From the UHGV virus genome UHGV-0388354: a DNA stretch of 5,109 nt; one strand, given 5' to 3'. Positions 1 through 5,062 of the stretch are shown piece after piece. The position numbers and the translations under genes were made by a program. The DNA is from a virus. Every line of letters starts with the position of its first letter. The stretch's first letter is position 1. The notes below the pieces were generated by a model, which was not told where the DNA came from, made no database searches, and saw only the letters and a program-made list of their open reading frames with translations.

Positions 1-70
1 CTCTTTTGAGGTGGGGGGCAATGGCTTTGCCGAACAAGTCCTTCGGACTGCCCCCCCGCCCGTTAATATC
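1..70. repeat. 3' half of the junction-spanning palindrome (G-rich arm), including a small internal hairpin at 37-49
   Basis: Partner of 5061-5109 as described there. Within the asymmetric internal loop, 37-41 (agtcc) pairs with 45-49 (ggact) around loop ttc. G6 and C7 homopolymer runs occur only here, in an otherwise AT-rich genome. Confidence 0.65.
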
Positions 71-81
71 ACGATAGAGAA

Positions 82-115
82 TGGCGATTACCTATTACTT
101 GACATGTAATCGCCA
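82..115. repeat. Perfect 10-bp inverted repeat (tggcgattac / gtaatcgcca) with 14-nt loop
   Basis: 82-91 is the exact reverse complement of 106-115. The loop 92-105 (ctattacttgacat) contains TTGACA (99-104). The repeat lies in the only large non-coding region. Confidence 0.6.
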
Positions 116-118
116 AGT

Positions 119-148
119 GACACCACGATACAAATACATAGTGGTGTT
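119..148. repeat. Second hairpin (7-bp stem acaccac/gtggtgt plus G-T closing pair, 14-nt loop)
   Basis: 120-126 is the reverse complement of 141-147, and 119/148 form a g-t pair. It lies 4 nt after the previous hairpin. Confidence 0.4.
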
Positions 149-170
149 GCCTATTCAAATAATTTGTAGT

Positions 171-178
171 ACATTTGT
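171..178 (+). promoter_or_regulatory. Candidate Bacteroidetes-type -7 promoter element TAnnTTTG (tacatttg) upstream of rep
   Basis: Exact match to the Bacteroides sigma-A(B) -7 consensus TAnnTTTG, 78 nt upstream of the Rep ATG. A near-match TAatTTGt sits at 160-167. Only a partial -33 (gTTG at 146-149) is present. Host phylum is not established, so this is weak. Confidence 0.2.
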
Positions 179-193
179 GCCATGAGCCGATAA

Positions 194-216
194 CGCTTGA
201 TAGTTAAGATTATCAA
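194..216 (+). other. phiX174-origin-like motif CTTGATAgTTAA within a small 6-bp inverted repeat (ttgata/tatcaa); candidate Rep nick site
   Basis: 196-209 (cttgatagttaaga) resembles the phiX174 gpA origin core cAACTTG^ATATTAATAAC, sharing CTTGATA and then TTAA. It lies 55 nt upstream of the rep ATG. 197-202 is the reverse complement of 211-216. A 7-mer match alone is not statistically significant. Confidence 0.2.
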
Positions 217-255
217 AGCCTGCTTTTGGACTAAACTTATAACTCATTCTAGCAA

Positions 256-1194
256 ATGCAATGCGTTAACAAAATACAAGTTTTGAACCCCAAGACTCAT
301 AAATTTATTAAAGTGCCCTGCGGTACTTGTTACGCTTGTCAAAGCAATAAGCGATCGTCTTGGATGTTCCGTAATACAGTTGAATTACAGTATTGCAAAT
401 CTGCGTTCTTCTGTACTCTCACGTACAATGATACTGCCTTACTAGGTCTTCCGTATCACGGTGCGTCTAACTTGCGTATGCCCTTGAAATATCACTATCA
501 ACGCTGGTTGAAACGTCTTAGAAAGGCGTTACAGCCTGCCAAGGTTAGATATTTCCTTTGCCACGAGTATGGTGATGAGTCTTTTCGCCCTCATTATCAT
601 GCACTGCTGTATTTAGACACTGATATGTCTCTTACAGATATGCGCCGTATTATATCTGATACTTGGCGGTATGGTAATATCACCTGCGATTTTGTTTCGC
701 CTGCTCGCATTCATTATTTGACTAAGTACGTTACTAAACAGTTTCGTCAAGTCAAGAGTTCAGGACGGACTGTAGATTTTATATTTTCTCATACGTGGGA
801 TAATAGAGATCTTCAGCATCGTTATATTCTTGAATACTACCTCAAACGATACAGTTTTGTTGTAGCTAGTCAAGGCTTAGGTTGTCAGCTCCTGCGTGAG
901 CCTGCTTTTATACGTTGGTTTTGGGATCATCTTATTATAGGTGAGTCCTATCCTACTTATGTTATCGGAGGTCGTTCTTTTGCTCTACCTCGTATATACC
1001 TGCGTAAGTTGGTACCCGAGTTGTGGAGAGATGAGATTTCTCCCGATATATCGCCCGAGGCTATATCAGCCCAATTGTCCGAAATCGCGTCTGACGCTAA
1101 TCTCACCGTAAAACAGTATATAGATAACGCGCGCTATATACAAGAGCGTAAGTCTCAAATCATCCGCGCTAATAACAAAAAATCCCCTTTATAA
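256..1194 (+). CDS. VP4: Rolling-circle replication initiation protein (Microviridae VP4 / gpA-like, HUH endonuclease)
   Basis: 312-aa ORF. RCR motif I is FFCTLTY (nt 406-426). Motif II is the HUH triplet H-Y-H in PHYHALLYL (nt 592-600). Motif III is YLTKYVTK (nt 715-738), with two catalytic tyrosines spaced as in phiX174 gpA (YxxKYxxK). The N-terminal VPCGTCYACQ...SW..R matches the conserved PCGxCxxC...S..W..R of gokushovirus VP4. Length is typical for the family. Confidence 0.93.
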   Translation: MQCVNKIQVLNPKTHKFIKVPCGTCYACQSNKRSSWMFRNTVELQYCKSAFFCTLTYNDTALLGLPYHGASNLRMPLKYHYQRWLKRLRKALQPAKVRYFLCHEYGDESFRPHYHALLYLDTDMSLTDMRRIISDTWRYGNITCDFVSPARIHYLTKYVTKQFRQVKSSGRTVDFIFSHTWDNRDLQHRYILEYYLKRYSFVVASQGLGCQLLREPAFIRWFWDHLIIGESYPTYVIGGRSFALPRIYLRKLVPELWRDEISPDISPEAISAQLSEIASDANLTVKQYIDNARYIQERKSQIIRANNKKSPL

Positions 1195-1196
1195 CT

Positions 1197-1325
1197 ATGA
1201 GTTTTCTCAAGCCTAAAATCGGATTCTTCGCAAAGTTGCGTAAGTTCCGCATCCCGATCATTCTTCTGCTACTTGCTGGAGTATTGGTCTGTTTTTCCTT
1301 TGGTTGGTCTGTAATCTTAATCTAG
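1197..1325 (+). CDS. Small single-pass membrane protein (42 aa), basic N-terminus plus C-terminal TM helix; candidate lysis/membrane protein
   Basis: Absent from the supplied track (too short) but translated by hand: MSFLKPKIGFFAKLRKFRIPIILLLLAGVLVCFSFGWSVILI*. The ATG lies 2 nt after the Rep stop and the TAG stop (1323-1325) lies 7 nt before the next ATG, so the ORF exactly fills the 138-nt gap. The first 18 residues carry six Lys/Arg, followed by a roughly 23-residue uncharged hydrophobic segment. Caveat: T-rich DNA yields hydrophobic ORFs easily. Confidence 0.45.
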   Translation: MSFLKPKIGFFAKLRKFRIPIILLLLAGVLVCFSFGWSVILI

Positions 1326-1332
1326 ATCTGTT

Positions 1333-1731
1333 ATGAACACTTGTAAGTACCGAAACAATCCGTTTAACATTCGCTACAATCCTGCGAATAATTGGAAAGG
1401 TCAAACAGAACCTAAGAATGGATTCTGTCAGTTTTCAGAATTGAAGTACGGTGTTCGTGCTGCTTTCCTGCTGGTGTTTAACTATCGTAATCTTCACGAT
1501 GCGACAACTCCTCGTGATATAATACGATATTGGGCGCCCAAGGAAGACGGTAATGATACGTCAGCTTATATAGACTTTGTCGGCCAGCTTATCAATGAAG
1601 ATGAGCCAATAGATACTACTTTAGAGTATCTTATACTTCTTTACTCTATGTGGAAAGTAGAGCAAGGCTGGTGTCCTAGCCTTTGGGAGTTCGCCACACT
1701 TTTGAATTCGTCACTAATAGAAGATCTATAA
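1333..1731 (+). CDS. Conserved hypothetical phage protein (132 aa) with NPxNIR..NNWxG..FxxF..GxRA..IIxRWAP..E..NDT.AYI.FV signature
   Basis: The ORF sits in the intergenic-free slot between Rep and VP1, with its stop 6 nt before the VP1 ATG. The motif string NPFNIRYNPANNWKGQ...GFCQFSELKYGVRAAFLLVFNY...DIIRYWAPKEDGNDTSAYIDFV matches, from memory, a widespread phage domain of uncharacterised function often found at the N-terminus of tailed-phage structural proteins. It is net acidic, so it is not a J/VP5-like basic DNA-binding protein. Confidence 0.7.
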   Translation: MNTCKYRNNPFNIRYNPANNWKGQTEPKNGFCQFSELKYGVRAAFLLVFNYRNLHDATTPRDIIRYWAPKEDGNDTSAYIDFVGQLINEDEPIDTTLEYLILLYSMWKVEQGWCPSLWEFATLLNSSLIEDL

Positions 1732-1737
1732 ACAACT

Positions 1738-3633
1738 ATGCCAAATCTAACTAAGTATTCACTAGATCATGAAGTAAGATCTAGTTTTGAGATGGGTCAA
1801 TTGATCCCATTTTTGTGCCAGGAGGTTGTGCCTGGCGATAAGTATCGCGTACAGTCTAGTACACTTGTGCGCTTACAGCCTATGCTCTCGCCACTGATGC
1901 ACCGTCTTGATTATTATCAGAGGTACTATTATGTGCCTTATAGGTTGCTTATACCTCACTATGAGCAATTACTTACTGACCCTGATAGTAAGTATGTAGT
2001 GCCATCTATGGATAAGTATCTTCAGTTTAAGTCCAAGAAGTTTAAGGATTTATTTGCTGAAAAACCATTGTTGGAGTATTTCGGTCTTGCTACATCAAAT
2101 GGTGAAGCCGATCCTACTAATGTGCTTAAGGATCTTAATGCGACTCCCTTACTTGCTTACTACCTTATATATAATCATTATTATATGAGGTCAGACCTTG
2201 ATAAGCGGTATATTGACCAGCTCCGCCCCGAGAATTTTGAGTCTGCTGAGTTGCGTCAATACATTGGTGATGTTATGAATGTCAACGAAGGACTTGATTA
2301 TTTCACCAGCGCTAAGACATCTACTCAGTATGGTAATATGGTTCAGCTTGATATGAACGGTGACAATACTATTACTGTGCCTGAGATGCGTCTCGCTGAG
2401 CGTTTGCAGTCTTTCCGTGAGCGTCTCCTGCGTGTTGGTGGTAAGTATGTTAATTATATTAAGGAGTTTTTTGACGTTGAACCCCTTGACGCTCGTGTAC
2501 AGATTCCGAAGTATCTCGGTGGTGATTCTTACGTCCTTAATGTATCTGATGTAGATCAAACTGCTCCGTCTGATCTTGGATCGGTTGGTGAGAGTTACGG
2601 AAAATCGGTATCAGTTAATCGTACTGGGTCTATACAGTATGATGTGTATGAGCATGGTCTGATTATTGGTTTACACTTTGTCCGCCCTCGTCCGTCTAAT
2701 ATCGGTGGTTGTCCTAAGTTGTTTACTCGCCGTAATTACTTTGATTTCTTCAATCCCCACTTTTCGGCTCTTGGTTATCAAGAGATAGAAGCGCGTGAAT
2801 TGGACGTTACTCGTCCTAAGACTGAGACTTTTGGCTATGTTCCTAGATATGATGATTATAGATATGGCAATGATGTTGTTAGTGGTGATTTTCGTCGGTC
2901 TCTTAATTATTGGCATCTATCGAGAGATATTTCCAAGGAGCGACTATCAGTACCTTTTGTGACGTGCCGTCCAGATAATCGTATATTTTCTTATGAGGGT
3001 GATAATGGTAGAGTTGAGTTATATTATTTCTCAGGTCATGCGGATCACGTTCTGAAGAATGGTAAATCACAGCGTATTACTGTAGATGGTTTTCTTTGGA
3101 TGCCTATAAATTCGGTTTCCGTAGGTTCAGAGGTTAAACTTAAGAATTATGAATACGATCAGATCGGTGATGATTCTGAAGCTAACTTTATTGAGACAGT
3201 TAAGATTAATGTCTTATTGCCTAGAGAATCTACCGCTATTGTACCAGAGTATGATTCTAAGAGAGACGAAACTAAATTTGATTATGCTCATGAACCTGTT
3301 GAATTGACCACTGCTGATAAGGTTTTTGAAATGGAGTTTTCTGGTGGACATGAAGGGGGCTATTCTTCTCGTGTGCTGGTAGCAACTTGTGCAGATAAGG
3401 TAGGTACATTTATAATTTGCTCTGTTAAACCACAGCTAGGCCCAAATCTTGATACTGTTGAAGAAGTACTACAAGAGGTTGATCAGTTGCGTGCTATAAG
3501 TGGTAGAGTTATTGGCTTTGCTAGTTATCATAAGTCTGGACACCTAGATAACAATCATGTGCTGTCTGTTACTTATAATAATGTTGACGTACTTCGTCCG
3601 CTGGCTCGTTATGATGGTAATGTTTTAAGGTGA
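1738..3633 (+). CDS. VP1: Major capsid protein VP1 (Microviridae, gokushovirus-type)
   Basis: 631-aa ORF. The N-terminal region KYSLDHEVRSSFEMGQLIPFLCQEVVPGDKYRV...LVRLQPMLSPLMHRLDYYQRYYYVPYRLL closely follows the conserved gokushovirus VP1 N-terminus (..SLSH..L.CDMGELVPI...E.LPGD......L.RL.P...P.MHR.D.....FFVPYRLLW). The size lies in the 530-780 aa VP1 range. Strong third-position T bias is typical of Microviridae. Confidence 0.95.
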   Translation: MPNLTKYSLDHEVRSSFEMGQLIPFLCQEVVPGDKYRVQSSTLVRLQPMLSPLMHRLDYYQRYYYVPYRLLIPHYEQLLTDPDSKYVVPSMDKYLQFKSKKFKDLFAEKPLLEYFGLATSNGEADPTNVLKDLNATPLLAYYLIYNHYYMRSDLDKRYIDQLRPENFESAELRQYIGDVMNVNEGLDYFTSAKTSTQYGNMVQLDMNGDNTITVPEMRLAERLQSFRERLLRVGGKYVNYIKEFFDVEPLDARVQIPKYLGGDSYVLNVSDVDQTAPSDLGSVGESYGKSVSVNRTGSIQYDVYEHGLIIGLHFVRPRPSNIGGCPKLFTRRNYFDFFNPHFSALGYQEIEARELDVTRPKTETFGYVPRYDDYRYGNDVVSGDFRRSLNYWHLSRDISKERLSVPFVTCRPDNRIFSYEGDNGRVELYYFSGHADHVLKNGKSQRITVDGFLWMPINSVSVGSEVKLKNYEYDQIGDDSEANFIETVKINVLLPRESTAIVPEYDSKRDETKFDYAHEPVELTTADKVFEMEFSGGHEGGYSSRVLVATCADKVGTFIICSVKPQLGPNLDTVEEVLQEVDQLRAISGRVIGFASYHKSGHLDNNHVLSVTYNNVDVLRPLARYDGNVLR

Positions 3634-3639
3634 TAGATT

Positions 3640-4608
3640 ATGGATCCCGCTACTATTGCAGGTTTAGCAGGTGCAGGTGCTAGTCTTGTCGGTGGTCTTG
3701 TTAATAATGCTTGGGCTGATGCTCGTACTGATAAGCAGTTTAAGCAGATGAATGAGATGCAGGATAAGATGAACGCATATAATGCGCCTGTTGCTCAAAT
3801 GGCTCGATTGCGTGAAGCTGGATTGAACCCTAATCTTGTGTATGCCAATGGCGGTGCTGTTATACAGTCCGCTGTTGGTAATGCTCCACAGCCTGCCCAT
3901 ACTACTCCGATTGATACTCAGGGAGTGTTACAGATGGTACAAACTATTGTCGGTGCTATGCTTGAAAAGGATAAGATACAAGCTCAGAAAGATGTTACGC
4001 AGATGCAGACTCAGTCCAATGAAAAGGTTGCTGAAGGTCATGATACTACTCAGAAAGAGGTTACAGGTATGCAGACTCAGTCTAATGAAAAGATTTCGAC
4101 TGAACGTAATGAGACTGAAAAAGGTATTGCAGATGAGAATCGCAAAGAGAATGTACGTCAGTTTAATGAGACTATGAAGCAACGGATTAGTGAATTTAAC
4201 GCTCGGATTAATCTTGATCGTTTGATAGGATCATATCAAATTAAGAAGATCAATTCGGAGGTCGCTGTTAATCGTATTAGAATGAGTATCGAACAGGATC
4301 AACTATCAATGTCTAAGGCTATGCACAACGTTGAATTAGATTCTGCTTTGGATTCGTTGAATATGCAGAAGTTGCGGTCTTTTATGTCTGTTCCTTATCA
4401 TTTGGAGTCTAAAGACGTTTATCTTTTCATCTCTAATGAGCTCGGTGTATCCGAGTTTTCAAAAACTAAGGCTGAGGAGCTTGCGAAGATGCACAACGAT
4501 ATAATTGATAGACGGATGAAAGATGCCGATTTGTCGACTATGCCGTTGTCTGTTTATTGGGATGCTGTTTTCGGTCCTGTCAAAGATTTGGTGTCTATCT
4601 CGAAGTAG
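3640..4608 (+). CDS. VP2: Minor capsid / DNA pilot protein VP2-like
   Basis: 322-aa ORF immediately after VP1. The Gly/Ala-rich N-terminus (IAGLAGAGASLVGGLVNN), followed by NAPVAQMARLREAGLNPNLVY, matches the conserved VP2 pilot-protein N-terminal pattern (NAP..Q..R...AGLNP). The remainder is Q/E/K-rich and predicted helical, with a tandem repeat. An SD-like AAGGTGA (3627-3633) lies 6 nt upstream of the ATG. Confidence 0.85.
   Translation: MDPATIAGLAGAGASLVGGLVNNAWADARTDKQFKQMNEMQDKMNAYNAPVAQMARLREAGLNPNLVYANGGAVIQSAVGNAPQPAHTTPIDTQGVLQMVQTIVGAMLEKDKIQAQKDVTQMQTQSNEKVAEGHDTTQKEVTGMQTQSNEKISTERNETEKGIADENRKENVRQFNETMKQRISEFNARINLDRLIGSYQIKKINSEVAVNRIRMSIEQDQLSMSKAMHNVELDSALDSLNMQKLRSFMSVPYHLESKDVYLFISNELGVSEFSKTKAEELAKMHNDIIDRRMKDADLSTMPLSVYWDAVFGPVKDLVSISK
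3985..4095 (+). repeat. Intragenic imperfect tandem repeat in VP2 (45-nt unit, 66-nt period, about 40/45 identical)
   Basis: Unit 1 (3985-4029) is cagaaagatgttacgcagatgcagactcagtccaatgaaaaggtt. Unit 2 (4051-4095) is cagaaagaggttacaggtatgcagactcagtctaatgaaaagatt. At protein level, QKDVTQMQTQSNEKV is followed 22 aa later by QKEVTGMQTQSNEKI, and a third degenerate unit follows. Confidence 0.8.
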
Positions 4609-4612
4609 TTTA

Positions 4613-4620
4613 CTATCTTT
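4613..4620 (+). promoter_or_regulatory. Candidate TAnnTTTG -7 element (tatctttg) in the VP2-to-small-ORF gap
   Basis: Exact TAnnTTTG match 25 nt upstream of ATG 4645. The nearest TTTG (4577-4580) is too far upstream for canonical spacing. Confidence 0.15.
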
Positions 4621-4644
4621 GTCTTAGTAACTAATTTCTTTTAT

Positions 4645-4782
4645 ATGGATAAGATATTCAGCAGTATTTTATTTGGATTGCCTTTGTTGGTCGTTGTATT
4701 GGGTTGTATATACTTGGTATTACGGCTTGTCAAAGCTATTATTAACTTGTTTAGAAATAATCATGGAAAAGAGAAGTTATAA
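4645..4782 (+). CDS. Small single-pass membrane protein (45 aa), N-terminal TM helix with Pro plus basic C-terminus; candidate lysis/membrane protein
   Basis: Hand translation: MDKIFSSILFGLPLLVVVLGCIYLVLRLVKAIINLFRNNHGKEKL*. The ATG lies 36 nt after the VP2 stop. The TAA stop (4780-4782) overlaps the start of the downstream ORF (ATG 4763) in another frame by 20 nt. Architecture is a roughly 22-residue hydrophobic core containing a proline, then a Lys/Arg-rich tail. This is the same layout as phiX174 E at smaller scale, but no sequence similarity is claimed. Confidence 0.4.
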   Translation: MDKIFSSILFGLPLLVVVLGCIYLVLRLVKAIINLFRNNHGKEKL

Positions 4783-5062
4783 GTATGTGGCCAGAGAGCC
4801 ACAGAGTGTAGTGTCTGATACTTTACCAAATCAGACTGTAGATCTATCTATACTCGTCAAGCAGTTAATGGACGGTCAAGCCCTTAATGTCGGTTTGTCT
4901 TTGTCATCTGATTCTTCAGATACTTTGGATACTCCCGATATATCTAAGTTTGACGTGCGTCACATGACTGTAGCTGATGTGGATAATCTATTAGCTAAGG
5001 TTTCGCCGGTGAAAATTGATCCTGCGCCGGTTGAGACTGGTACGGCTCCAGTAGCCGATTGA
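4763..5062 (+). CDS. Acidic 99-aa protein in the VP3 (internal scaffold) position; function unassigned
   Basis: ORF MEKRSYKYVAREPQSVVSDTLPNQTVDLSILVKQLMDG...APVAD, with a D/E/S/T-rich C-terminal half. It occupies the position after VP2 where gokushoviruses encode VP3. The track extends it to 4673, but that start is a TTG, and the added N-terminus (MDCLCWSLYWVVYTWYYG...) is W/Y/C-rich and comes from the same T-rich stretch that encodes a cleaner TM peptide in the other frame. I therefore favour ATG 4763. I see only a weak resemblance to known VP3 motifs. Confidence 0.55.
   Translation: MEKRSYKYVAREPQSVVSDTLPNQTVDLSILVKQLMDGQALNVGLSLSSDSSDTLDTPDISKFDVRHMTVADVDNLLAKVSPVKIDPAPVETGTAPVAD

Noticed and set aside
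22-78. 18-codon ORF (MALPNKSFGLPPRPLISR) inside the junction palindrome
   Set aside because: It is too short, lies within the structured G/C-run hairpin and has no supporting signals. It is almost certainly non-coding.
99-145. Sigma-70-type promoter built on TTGACA (99-104) or gTGACA (117-122)
   Set aside because: No acceptable -10 hexamer lies 16-18 nt downstream of either. TTGACA sits in the loop of a perfect hairpin, so its occurrence is probably structural or coincidental.
1284-1312. 9-nt direct repeat ttggtctgt (1284-1292 and 1304-1312) and several AGATCT palindromes (1323, 1726, 1778)
   Set aside because: They are short and within statistical expectation for a T-rich genome. The direct repeat falls inside the hydrophobic stretch of the small ORF and probably just reflects repeated Leu/Val/Trp-Ser codons.
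2191-2559. Minus-strand ORFs 2191-2559, 2671-2916, 3664-3900 and 3928-4182, and plus-strand alternative-frame ORF 2360-2554
   Set aside because: All lie entirely inside VP1 or VP2. Microviridae transcribe one strand only. The translations are low-complexity (I/L/S/T/N-rich), which is what the strong third-position-T codon bias of the real genes yields on the opposite or shifted frame. There is no independent start context.
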